A stretch of 64,000 nucleotides of DNA. Origin: an uncultured Desulfobacter sp. GTDB lineage: Bacteria; Desulfobacterota; Desulfobacteria; Desulfobacterales; Desulfobacteraceae. This document shows, piece after piece, positions 21,881 to 31,169 of the stretch; within the stretch, counting starts at the first letter, position 1; each line of letters opens with the position of its first letter. The translations under genes were made by a program, and so were the position numbers. Below the pieces are notes generated by a model. The model saw only the letters and a program-made list of their open reading frames with translations. It ran no database searches and had not been told where the DNA came from. The stretch spans positions 3,616,001-3,680,000 of the forward strand of contig OY762069.1 in the NCBI GenBank assembly GCA_963665095.1. Direction: 5' to 3'.

Positions 21881-22894
21881 GTGAAAGAGATACACGATAA
21901 AGCAAGAGAGCTGATGAAAGGATTCTGCAGGGTCTGCCCCAGATGCGACGGCAGGGCCTGTGTGGGAGAAGTCCCGGGAATGGGGAGCCTTGGAACCGGG
22001 GCTGCCTTTAAGGACAACATAGCCGCCCTGGATGAGTTAAAATTTAATATGCGGCTGGTTCATGGGGTGACCGAACCGGACACAGGCGTTGAGATCTTAG
22101 GTAAAAAGCTGTCTTTACCCCTGCTTGCCGCCCCCATTGGCGGGGTCTCCTTTAATATGGGGGGAAAAATTAGTGAACAGGATTATGTGAAGGCCATTGT
22201 CCAGGGCTGCAAAGAGGCCGGTATCATCGGCTGCACCGGGGACGGGGTACCTGAATTTATCTATAAAACCGCCCTGGAGGAGATTTCCGCTGTCCAGGGC
22301 TATGGCATCCCCTTTATCAAGCCCTGGGAAGGGGATGAACTGTTTGAAAAAATCAAGGAAGTCCAGGCCTGCGGCACCGATATCATGGGCATGGACATTG
22401 ATGCGGCAGGCCTTGTCACCCTGCGCAAGATGGGACGCCCCGTCTCACCCAAGAGCGTGGAAGAACTTAGGAAAATCATCAAAAAAGCAAACATGAAATT
22501 CATTGTCAAAGGGGTGATGACCGTTTCGGATGCAAAGGCCTGCGTATCTGCCGGAGCCGATGCCATTGTGGTATCCAACCACGGAGGACGGGTCATGGAG
22601 TACACACCCGGCACAGCCAGGGTCCTGCCCGAAATTACCGGGGCCGTGGGCAACGATATCTGCATCCTTGCGGACGGCGGGGTAAGAACAGGTGCCGACA
22701 TCCTTAAAATGCTGGCTTTGGGCGCAGATGCCGTAATGATCGGCAGGCCCTTCAGCGTGGCAGCCTTAGGCGGACTCAAAGAGGGGGTGACCACCCTTAT
22801 CGAAACCCTTAAAAACGAACTGATCCAGGCCATGGTGCTGACCGGCACCCAGAAGGCTGATCAGGTGGATGCATCCATCCTGTTCAAGCCCTGA
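21881..22894 (+). CDS. FMN-dependent alpha-hydroxy-acid dehydrogenase (L-lactate dehydrogenase-like)
   Basis: VSNHGGR, ADGGVRTG.D, IGRP FMN motifs; N-terminal CRVCPRCDGRAC. Confidence 0.9.
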   Translation: MKEIHDKARELMKGFCRVCPRCDGRACVGEVPGMGSLGTGAAFKDNIAALDELKFNMRLVHGVTEPDTGVEILGKKLSLPLLAAPIGGVSFNMGGKISEQDYVKAIVQGCKEAGIIGCTGDGVPEFIYKTALEEISAVQGYGIPFIKPWEGDELFEKIKEVQACGTDIMGMDIDAAGLVTLRKMGRPVSPKSVEELRKIIKKANMKFIVKGVMTVSDAKACVSAGADAIVVSNHGGRVMEYTPGTARVLPEITGAVGNDICILADGGVRTGADILKMLALGADAVMIGRPFSVAALGGLKEGVTTLIETLKNELIQAMVLTGTQKADQVDASILFKP

Positions 22895-22912
22895 TCCCCT
22901 CCCCCCGGAAAG

Positions 22913-22943
22913 CAACGGCACCGGGATACACCCGGTGCCGTTG
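22913..22943. terminator. Hairpin terminator between convergent genes
   Basis: caacggcaccggg-atac-acccggtgccgttg stem. Confidence 0.7.
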
Positions 22944-23072
22944 ACATCTAATATCCTCATAAATTTATTTAATTATAGTCATCAAATTTAAATTTCTGTG
23001 AATATATTCTCCTCTTGCACAGGATAGTGATACCCTTTCGGGTAGTTGCCTTTCTATATTTGGGTTCAAACA

Positions 23073-23723
23073 CTATTTTGTGTTGCCTCCCGGCAGCAGT
23101 TTGGCCATAAGCTTAGGATTGATGCTGTTGATATAGGCGGTTACATCAAAATCAGGCTTGACCATTGTGGGCCACCAGTTTCCCATACCACCCAGGCCGG
23201 TCAGCTCCTTAACCCCCTTGTTGCCGTACCTGATATGAAAATGAGACTGGCCGTTTTGGTGTTGATGGATCTTGAGCATAATAATATACCGATATTCTGA
23301 GGCCTTGCCCTCTTTCTCTGTGGCCTCAAACGCATACCATTCTAATTTATGGTCTCCATAGGTGTCCGGGACTGATCCAAGTGACTTATACCCAAGTTTC
23401 ATATGATTTTTTTGTTTATCGTAAAATGTAATGTCATCGCCGGCCATTGAAAGTCTGTGAAACGTTGTTGTCCCCAGTGTTTTGAAAAAAGCTTTGATCT
23501 GCTCAATACTTTGGGTTTCTCCCCGTTTTTTGGATTCATCCGCGATCTTTTTATAGACGGCATCCATTTCAGGCATTTCGTATACAAACGCCTGGTTTAT
23601 AAACTCTCCCTGCCAGTCGGCAAAAATACCGTTTGATGTTTCGGCCCTGGCCTGGGAGATGATAAAGATACATATTGCGATTGTGATAATTATTGTCCAT
23701 GTTTTCTGAAAGCCAATAGACAT
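23073..23723 (-). CDS. ZinT/AdcA-like periplasmic metal-binding protein
   Basis: Signal peptide; ADWQG.F, W.AFEA, H....HFHIRYG, NWWPT ZinT pattern. Confidence 0.75.
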   Translation of the reverse strand: MSIGFQKTWTIIITIAICIFIISQARAETSNGIFADWQGEFINQAFVYEMPEMDAVYKKIADESKKRGETQSIEQIKAFFKTLGTTTFHRLSMAGDDITFYDKQKNHMKLGYKSLGSVPDTYGDHKLEWYAFEATEKEGKASEYRYIIMLKIHQHQNGQSHFHIRYGNKGVKELTGLGGMGNWWPTMVKPDFDVTAYINSINPKLMAKLLPGGNTK

Positions 23724-23762
23724 CGCTGTGTTCTCCTGAAATAAAATTTAAAAAAGATAAAA

Positions 23763-25790
23763 TTAAAACGTTATGTTCATACCCAGTACCATGTTGAACC
23801 CGGAAATGGGATAAAGGGCTTCGCTACCGGGATTGCCGCTGCCGTAACCCACAGCACTTTCATCAAACAGATTGTTTGCCAGAAGATAAAAGTCAGCCCG
23901 CCCGATCTGTTTTGAATATTTTGCGTTCAATACCCAATAGCCGTCTTCCTCATTGGTATTTGCATAGTTGAAGTACTGTTTGCCTGTGTAGACAGGATTC
24001 AGTGACAGGTTGCCCAAGCGTTCATTCCGGTATCCCAGTGTAAAGGCAAAAATGATTTCCGGCACACCGGTCAGCTTGTTTCCGGAATAGTCCACTCCCA
24101 TGCTGACGAAATCTTCAAATTCAGCCTCCTGGTAAGTGAAATTAGCGGAAGTGTAAAAGCCCTTGGGCAATTTTGCACTGGCTCCCAGTTCAACCCCTTT
24201 TGAACTGGTTTCCCCGGCGTTTTCATATTGTGCCGTCCAATCGGCACTGGGCAAAACAAACTTATCTTTTACGATTTGCCGGAAAACAGCCATATTGTAA
24301 TTGAACCAGCCGGCAACATTGCCGCGAAGCCCCAGTTCATAGGCCTGAAGTTTTTCCGGGTCCAGCTCGCCGTTTGTGTAATAGACCGGCAGTCTGACCG
24401 GGCTTTTAATGCCGCTGTTGTATCCTGCAAAAAAGTTGACTTCATTGCAAAACTGGTAAGTAAAGCCAAGCTTGGGGCTTATGTCCCCTTTTTCCTGGTC
24501 CCAGGAGTCGCTTGCGGCAATATGGGCGGTTTGTTCCAGATCAAAAAAATCATAGCGCAGACCGGCGGTAATCGTCAGGGCATCGGTTACAAGCAGTTCA
24601 TCCTGCACATACCCGGCATAACTGATATCTTTTCTGGTGAAATCCTGGTTGATGGCGATTATGTCATTAAAGCTTGATGCCGTGTACCTTTTCACATCAT
24701 AGTCATGATAGCGGTACTCCCCACCGATCACCAGTTTGTTTGCCATTCCCCCAATATTATTATTAAAGGTCATGCTCACTTCCGGATGCACCTGCCTGGA
24801 GTCCATATGGGTTAAGTGCCCCCAGTAAAGTTGATAATCACAGGCCTGAACTTCCATTTTCGCCATGAATTCGTGGCCCCCCAATTGCTGGTTATAGACC
24901 AGGGCCCCCAGGGTATCCGCGGATTCGTAGTCATAATCCGCCCCGGCATTGGGATTCTGTGAAGGGTCGTCATCAAACTGATCCCTGGTCAGGCTTGCGG
25001 CATAAAGCCCTTTTGTGTCGTTATGGGATCCATGGAAGGTGATTTGTGCACCAGGGTTAAGCGCATACCCCACCCGGGTATAAACGTTGTTGCCATCTTC
25101 AAATCCGTTATCCTGGTAGGTATCTTCCCGTTGTACGGCCGCATCAATATAGTATTCCCATTTGTCCCGGGTGCCGTTGAGTACGCTGTAACCGTTGCCG
25201 CCGCCAAAACTTGTAAAGGCAATGCCGGCCCGGCCTTGAACAGGTTCTTCTGCCGTTCGGGTAATAATATTGATAACCCCGCCCAGGGCCTGATCCCCAT
25301 ACTCGGCCGAAGGGGTTTTGGTGATCTCAATACGCTCTATGTCGTGTACCGCCAGGCGGCCGGCCGATATATTCCCGTTTGCCCGGTTCATCTCAATGCC
25401 GTTTACCATGACCTTCATTCCCCAGCTTGAGACCTCGCTGCCCCGGGTACTTACTGAGGTGCTGGCGCTCCCGCCGCCAAAGACGTTGGTGGAAAAAAAC
25501 AGTCCCGGAATGTTGGCGGCCTGGAGTACGGTCAGGGCATTGTAATGACCGGGAAATTTTTCAAGCTCTTCCCGGGTAATAACGCTGATATTGGTCGGTA
25601 CGTGATCCACCTGTGTGGACATTTTAGTCGCGGTCACCGTTATATCTCCAAGTTGAACATTTGACTTGTCGGCGTTGTCATCCACGGCCCATACCGGCTG
25701 GCCTGAAAGGCTAACGATCATTACAAAGATATAAACAAGGCATAGTACCCTGTTGTGTCGCAATTTTCTGTTTTTTGCCTGGCTGTTCAT
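23763..25790 (-). CDS. TonB-dependent outer-membrane receptor
   Basis: TonB box DITVTAT, plug (IERIEI..YG..ALGGVINIIT), C-terminal Phe. Confidence 0.93.
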   Translation of the reverse strand: MNSQAKNRKLRHNRVLCLVYIFVMIVSLSGQPVWAVDDNADKSNVQLGDITVTATKMSTQVDHVPTNISVITREELEKFPGHYNALTVLQAANIPGLFFSTNVFGGGSASTSVSTRGSEVSSWGMKVMVNGIEMNRANGNISAGRLAVHDIERIEITKTPSAEYGDQALGGVINIITRTAEEPVQGRAGIAFTSFGGGNGYSVLNGTRDKWEYYIDAAVQREDTYQDNGFEDGNNVYTRVGYALNPGAQITFHGSHNDTKGLYAASLTRDQFDDDPSQNPNAGADYDYESADTLGALVYNQQLGGHEFMAKMEVQACDYQLYWGHLTHMDSRQVHPEVSMTFNNNIGGMANKLVIGGEYRYHDYDVKRYTASSFNDIIAINQDFTRKDISYAGYVQDELLVTDALTITAGLRYDFFDLEQTAHIAASDSWDQEKGDISPKLGFTYQFCNEVNFFAGYNSGIKSPVRLPVYYTNGELDPEKLQAYELGLRGNVAGWFNYNMAVFRQIVKDKFVLPSADWTAQYENAGETSSKGVELGASAKLPKGFYTSANFTYQEAEFEDFVSMGVDYSGNKLTGVPEIIFAFTLGYRNERLGNLSLNPVYTGKQYFNYANTNEEDGYWVLNAKYSKQIGRADFYLLANNLFDESAVGYGSGNPGSEALYPISGFNMVLGMNITF

Positions 25791-25817
25791 GTTTTCTCTC
25801 CTCTTTGAAAAGTTGTC

Positions 25818-26606
25818 CTATTCCACGACAACAAGGGTTCTGATTTTTGTTTTGTCCTTTTTATCAATGGTAATGATTCGGGACGCCACATCGAAAAACA
25901 GTTTGATATTCTTCTCGGTAATAATGTCCGGGGCAGGCCCGTATATATAAGTTTTCTTTCCGGATGCCGTGCGTCTTAGCATGAGTGTGGCATCGGAGAT
26001 CCTTAAGGCATGGTCGGGGTAGTGGGTATTAATGATGCACGAGATCCCCTGTTCCCTTGAAAGCTTTTCAAGCATCTTTAAAACCAGGATCTGATTTTTA
26101 TAATCCAGGTGGGACTCGGGCTCATCTAAAATCATCAGTTCCGGCCTTTTGACAAGCCCCCGTGCCATGAACACGAGCTGGAGCTGCCCGCCGCTGAGCT
26201 GGGAGCAAAGCCGCTTTCTAAGATGGAATATCCCCACTTCAGAAAGGATGGCGTGAACCGCTTCTCTATCCTTTCGGGTGGGGATGGAAAACAAGCCGAT
26301 CTTTCCGGCAAGTCCCATGGTTACGGTCTCTTCAACAGAATAGGGAAAGGCAAATTTGTACGCCTGGGGCACATAGCCGATCCGTCCCATGTGTTTTTTA
26401 TAGTTCATTGGTTCGCCGTTGATCAGGGTTTGCCCCTTTTTCCACGGCAGAATACCAAGCAGGCATTTTAACAGGGTTGTTTTGCCGATACCGTTCTGGC
26501 CGAGTATGGTCAAAATCCCGGCCGGCGGCAGCCTGAAGCAGATATCGGTGAGGATCTCTTCGTTTGAGGTATAGCCAAAATGGCCGTTTTTGACTTCAAC
26601 CTCCAT
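25818..26606 (-). CDS. Iron-chelate ABC transporter ATPase
   Basis: GQNGIGKTT, LSGGQLQ, ILDEPESHLD, THYPDHA. Confidence 0.93.
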   Translation of the reverse strand: MEVEVKNGHFGYTSNEEILTDICFRLPPAGILTILGQNGIGKTTLLKCLLGILPWKKGQTLINGEPMNYKKHMGRIGYVPQAYKFAFPYSVEETVTMGLAGKIGLFSIPTRKDREAVHAILSEVGIFHLRKRLCSQLSGGQLQLVFMARGLVKRPELMILDEPESHLDYKNQILVLKMLEKLSREQGISCIINTHYPDHALRISDATLMLRRTASGKKTYIYGPAPDIITEKNIKLFFDVASRIITIDKKDKTKIRTLVVVE

Positions 26607-27631
26607 CAGCGCCCCCACCCGGAATACTTATACACATAGATAAACAAGGGCACTCCGGCAATGGCGGTCAGGATGCCGATGGGAATCTCCGCCACAGTTA
26701 AAATCCTGGCTAAAAAATCAACCAGAAGAACAAAAATACCGCCCATGAGAAACGAGGCAGGCAGCAGGTGCTTATGATCAGCCCCCACAAACATCCGGCA
26801 GATATTTGGAATAATCAGCCCGATCCACCCGATAATCCCGGAAACCATAACGCCGGCCGCAGTGATAACGGTGGCCAGGGCCACAATGCCAAGCCTTAGG
26901 CGGTGGGGATTGATGCCAAGGGAGTAAGCCTCTTCATCTCCCATGGAAAGGATGTTCATGCGCCACCGCAATAAAACAAGCACCATGGTGCCTCCGGCAA
27001 TCAGGGGCAAAACAAGGGATATCTCCTTAAACGTGGTATTGGCAAAGCTGCCCATCAGCCAGTAGGTGATGGCCGGCAGCTGGGAATCGGTATCGGATAG
27101 AAGTTTAACCAGGGATATCAGGGCATTGAAGAAAAACCCCACGATCATTCCCGACAGCAAAAGGGATATGGGGGAGAACATGTTTTTGATTTTTGAAATG
27201 GTGTAGGCAAGGATGACACTCACAAGTCCGAAACCAAAGGCCAGGGCCATGGTGATGCCGGTGTTTCCCGAAGTTAAAATAATTCCCAGTGCCGCGCCAA
27301 ATCCTGCTCCGGAGCTGACACCGAGTATATCAGGGCTGACAAGCGGGTTCCGGAAGATGCCCTGGAAAGAGGCCCCGGAAACGGATAGGCCTGCACCCAC
27401 CATCACGGCGAGAAGCACCCGGGGCAACCGGATATTCCAGACCACCGTAGCCTGGGTACCGGTTAAAGCACTATCAGTTAAAGCGATTCCGGTCAGCTTA
27501 TTAAACAAAACAGCCACCACCGTATCCGGCGGCACTGTATACCTGCCTTTAAAAAGCGACAAAAACATCAACGCGACAAGGCCTAAGGTCAGCAAGCTGT
27601 ATATCAGGATGTAATTTTTCTCATTTTCCAT
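26606..27631 (-). CDS. FecCD/BtuC family ABC permease
   Basis: IRLPRVL, FRNPLVSPDILGVSSGA, GIIGWIGLIIP, EIPIGILT. Confidence 0.95.
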   Translation of the reverse strand: MENEKNYILIYSLLTLGLVALMFLSLFKGRYTVPPDTVVAVLFNKLTGIALTDSALTGTQATVVWNIRLPRVLLAVMVGAGLSVSGASFQGIFRNPLVSPDILGVSSGAGFGAALGIILTSGNTGITMALAFGFGLVSVILAYTISKIKNMFSPISLLLSGMIVGFFFNALISLVKLLSDTDSQLPAITYWLMGSFANTTFKEISLVLPLIAGGTMVLVLLRWRMNILSMGDEEAYSLGINPHRLRLGIVALATVITAAGVMVSGIIGWIGLIIPNICRMFVGADHKHLLPASFLMGGIFVLLVDFLARILTVAEIPIGILTAIAGVPLFIYVYKYSGWGR

Positions 27632-28721
27632 TGGGATAAAGGATCTCTTTCATGAGTTCATCAGGAAGGTCAATGTTGTACCGGCGCGAGTAAAAAGCCT
27701 TCATCATGCTTAAAAAATCAGTTTCTTTGAGAAGATGCGGGTAGTTTTTGCTGACCAGCCATAAAAGGGTCAGGGGGGAGTCGGCTTTTGCCGTGCCCCA
27801 GTTTGTAAGCCCCTGGGGCATATCATACACGGCGTTGTTTTGAACCGCTTTTACGTGGTGCCAGTTCTGGCCGGGGATCTGTTCTGTTCTGTATTTGGAG
27901 GCAGGAAGCCCCCAGAAGATATAAATAATATCAGGGTCCCAGGCATAGATCTGTTCCAGGCAGACTTCCCTGCCGCCGCCCTGGGGGTCTGCCACATCTG
28001 CGACATTAATAACCCCGCTTTTTTTCAACCAGTCATCCCCGCAGGACCCCTTGCCCATGACGATGAGTTTATCTCCTGTGTTGGAGACAATCATCAGGCC
28101 TTTTTTCCGGGGCCCTTTAACTTTTCCCAGAAGATCTGCAGTCAGTTTCTTTGACCTTTCCCACTCTTTGGCAAGAGATGATCCGCCATTGCCTTTTCCA
28201 AACACCTGTCTTAAAAGATTTTCCGAAGCACTTGAACTGGTTTCGTTATCATGGCCTTTTAAATAGAAATCCAGGACTGGAACCGTTATCCCTTCAAGCC
28301 CTTTTTTCTGGAAATTTCCATAGACCAGGATAATGTCCGGGTTAAGGGTTAACAGCTCTTCGGTATTTGACCTGAACCCGGTAAGAAAACCGGTGGGGAT
28401 CTTTCGCCATCCCGGCAGCATCAAATCCAGCAGTTTTTCATTGGCATTTTCAAAGGCCATTTTATTTGCGCCAACGATTTGCACCCGGGGTAAGCCAAGG
28501 CTTGCAAACAAAGAGACAAGCGTAGGCGCAATAATAACCACCCGTTGCAGATCGTTTGCCGGCGGCAGCTGAACCCGGTTCCCCTGAAGGTCCGTCACCG
28601 TGCGGGTAGAGAGTACCGGGGCGGCATATCCGGCAACGGCAACCGACACCTTGGAACTGCCTGCAACGATGAGTATGGCCGCCAGGATACGGCATACCAA
28701 AGCGGCCTGTCTTTTTTTCAT
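27621..28721 (-). CDS. Iron-chelate/cobalamin-type ABC substrate-binding protein
   Basis: RTVTDLQGNRV.LP, EELL.LNPD, EQIYAWDPDII, W..VKAVQN..VY. Confidence 0.88.
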   Translation of the reverse strand: MKKRQAALVCRILAAILIVAGSSKVSVAVAGYAAPVLSTRTVTDLQGNRVQLPPANDLQRVVIIAPTLVSLFASLGLPRVQIVGANKMAFENANEKLLDLMLPGWRKIPTGFLTGFRSNTEELLTLNPDIILVYGNFQKKGLEGITVPVLDFYLKGHDNETSSSASENLLRQVFGKGNGGSSLAKEWERSKKLTADLLGKVKGPRKKGLMIVSNTGDKLIVMGKGSCGDDWLKKSGVINVADVADPQGGGREVCLEQIYAWDPDIIYIFWGLPASKYRTEQIPGQNWHHVKAVQNNAVYDMPQGLTNWGTAKADSPLTLLWLVSKNYPHLLKETDFLSMMKAFYSRRYNIDLPDELMKEILYPNGK

Positions 28722-28743
28722 GTTTATCCTCACAGGCGAAGGC

Positions 28744-29793
28744 TTACCTTGCCACCACAAGTTCGGCCTCACCGCTGGGCAGATGGACCATCCTTGAATC
28801 AACCCGGTCAAATCCGGCCTGTTTCAGATAACCTGCAATCTCGCCTTTGTTAAAGGCATAGCTTTGTCCACCCGGGGCATTTATGGTCTCCATGGCACTG
28901 GAAAGGCGCATCAAAATGATATCTGCGGGTGCGGTCTGCTCCTGGACCAACCCTTCGTGAAGGCAGACAAAAATCCCGTTGTCCGCCAAAGCGGTTTTCA
29001 CACGCTTGAAGAACGACACCCGGTCCTCGACAAAATAGAGGTTATGGCTTGCCCAGATCAGGTCATAGCCGCTGCCCAACTCCGTCTCATTGTAGTCTCC
29101 GGCAATAAAGGAGATCCGGTCGGCCATCCCCTCTTTCTCGATCTCCTGCCGGGCCAGGGCAATAACCGCGGGAAGGTCAATGAGCACCCCGGATGCCCCG
29201 GGAATCCGCCCAAGGATTTGTGCGCCCACAAGCCCTGGCCCACCGCCCAGATCAAGGATTTTTTTTATGTTTTTGAACTGTGGGAGATCTTCGATCAGGT
29301 CCGCATAAATGGCGGCCATACCGGCACGCTGGCCAAGGGCCAGATTTGCGACAGCGCGTTCCCACCGGGATTCGCCTTCCCAGGATTCGGCGTTTGGCAG
29401 ATCCGGCATGCCGTTTTTTACAATATCTGCCATGCCGGCCAGGTTTTTTTGCACAAGGGATTTCATATTTTGTATGTAATCCCCCATATAGACAGGGCTT
29501 GTTTTGTCGAAAAAATATCTTCCGATTTCAGTGTTGCTGTACCTGCCGTTTTCCTTGTTTGCCAGCCCCACGGCAACCATGGCATCCAAAAAGCAGATAA
29601 GGCCTGAAGTTGTGGTCTGTATACCTGCTTTTTGAGCAATGTCATCAACCGTGGATGCACTGGAAAGAATATGTGCCATATCAAGCTCAATGGCGGTTTC
29701 AATGACGGCTTGTTTTACAGGAGCCACCAGGGCTTCAAACAAAAACGCTATGGATGGATAAGGGGTCTTGGGCGAGTGAACAGGCTGTGACAT
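28744..29793 (-). CDS. SAM-dependent O-methyltransferase (Methyltransf_2 with dimerisation domain)
   Basis: N-terminal wHTH dimerisation region; ILDLGGGPG; IDLP.V; FIAGDY; YDLIWASHNL. Confidence 0.88.
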   Translation of the reverse strand: MSQPVHSPKTPYPSIAFLFEALVAPVKQAVIETAIELDMAHILSSASTVDDIAQKAGIQTTTSGLICFLDAMVAVGLANKENGRYSNTEIGRYFFDKTSPVYMGDYIQNMKSLVQKNLAGMADIVKNGMPDLPNAESWEGESRWERAVANLALGQRAGMAAIYADLIEDLPQFKNIKKILDLGGGPGLVGAQILGRIPGASGVLIDLPAVIALARQEIEKEGMADRISFIAGDYNETELGSGYDLIWASHNLYFVEDRVSFFKRVKTALADNGIFVCLHEGLVQEQTAPADIILMRLSSAMETINAPGGQSYAFNKGEIAGYLKQAGFDRVDSRMVHLPSGEAELVVAR

Positions 29794-29874
29794 AATATTT
29801 TTTCCTCCAGGTAATTAGCTGATAGTTCATCTGTCGAGCTGAACTTTTAGCCCTGTTCACCCCCCCAATAATAT

Positions 29875-29907
29875 CATTTGCGTAAAAAAAGAGCATTTGC
29901 GTAAAAA
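29875..29907. promoter_or_regulatory. Tandem direct repeat CATTTGCGTAAAAA x2, probable AraC operator
   Basis: Exact 14-mer at 29875 and 29894, in the divergent promoter between araC and the uptake operon. Confidence 0.6.
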
Positions 29908-30012
29908 CAAGATGAGTTAAATAATATTATATTGACAAAACAAGATAAGTTTGGTCTTCATGACATGAATATTGTGTACATAAAATCAAAAAAAATAAAA
30001 GGAAGGCTGAAC

Positions 30013-31077
30013 GTGCTGTCTCAGATTTTGATAAAAGACCATAAAGGCGGCTATGTTGATTTCAAACCCATGGTGCCTGAAGATAAAATGACGAATCCAA
30101 ACGAAATCATTCGGCCCTTGCCCCGGCAAAAAGGAATCGGTCATTTTTCCTCTTCTGCCATATGCAAAGGGTTGGACTTAGGCATATGCCGGTGTAGATT
30201 TGACGAAGACTATAAGGCCAGGTTCACATTGGAAAAGCCTTTTTTCACCTTTGGATTTTGTCTCAAGGGGAATTGTCCACCCAATTCTTCATCTGGGGGA
30301 TCACGCCATTCGTATGCAATGCCAATGGCACCTGACCGTTCATCAGCCTGTTTTTTTAAAGGCAGGATTGTTGAACGAAAAATCAAAGGGGCTCAGGAAG
30401 TCCTTGCGCTTGCCATCCATATTTCGCCGGATTTTTTACTCAACCTGCTCAACCCGGAACCCCTTCGGGATGCACAGTATAGCAAGATACCGGAACAACT
30501 TTTTAAAAGCCGCCACTTTTATGCCGACCACGTCATGACAGCTCAGATGAAAACATCAGTTCACCAGATTTTGAACAATCCCCATAAAGGAAGAGTGGGC
30601 AATATTTACTTGGAAAGCAAGGTGCTTGAACTCATAGCGTTAAGACTGGATCAGGTCTTCCACCCGGATGATGATCTCCGGGTGAATGCCCCCATGGGGC
30701 CTGAGGACAAAGCCCGTATCTGCCGGGCCAGGGACCTGCTGGTGAAGAATCATCAATTTCCGCCCTCTCTGAGGGAATTGGCCAGGCAGGCAGGCATGAG
30801 TCACACCCAGCTGAACAAAGGATTCAAAGCGCTATTTGGGTGCACGGTATTTGAGTACCTGCGAAAAGAGCGACTCTCCTATGCCCGGATGCTGATGGAA
30901 GAGAACCCGCAAGATCTGACATGGATCGCCTATGAATCGGGATTTTGCAGTTCAAGCCATTTTGCAGCCTCTTTTTATAAAGAATACGGTGTCAGGCCCT
31001 CCCAGTACAGAAAATCTGTATTGGGATCCGGCAGAAAAGCCTCTCCCGGTTTTTCAGAATTTGCGACAACGACATAA
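30013..31077 (+). CDS. AraC family regulator (PchR/YbtA-like); start uncertain
   Basis: YLESKVLEL, PSLRELARQAGMSHTQLNKGFKALFGCTVFEYLR, GFCSSSHFA. Confidence 0.9.
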   Translation: MLSQILIKDHKGGYVDFKPMVPEDKMTNPNEIIRPLPRQKGIGHFSSSAICKGLDLGICRCRFDEDYKARFTLEKPFFTFGFCLKGNCPPNSSSGGSRHSYAMPMAPDRSSACFFKGRIVERKIKGAQEVLALAIHISPDFLLNLLNPEPLRDAQYSKIPEQLFKSRHFYADHVMTAQMKTSVHQILNNPHKGRVGNIYLESKVLELIALRLDQVFHPDDDLRVNAPMGPEDKARICRARDLLVKNHQFPPSLRELARQAGMSHTQLNKGFKALFGCTVFEYLRKERLSYARMLMEENPQDLTWIAYESGFCSSSHFAASFYKEYGVRPSQYRKSVLGSGRKASPGFSEFATTT

Positions 31078-31169
31078 GAATGATCTCATTTTAAATATAG
31101 TTGCCGTCATAAAACCCTTTATCGGCATATAGAGGAACCCTTATCCACAGGATGCATGGCAAGGCGTGC

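Noticed and set aside
22913..22943. Shared aacggcaccgg stem with the hairpin at 53756
   Set aside because: Too short to call a repeat family; both are explained as terminators.
29794..29931. Cobalamin riboswitch before the TonB/ABC operon (also sought before nrdJ and icmF)
   Set aside because: No B12-box motifs are recognisable, and the leaders are short.
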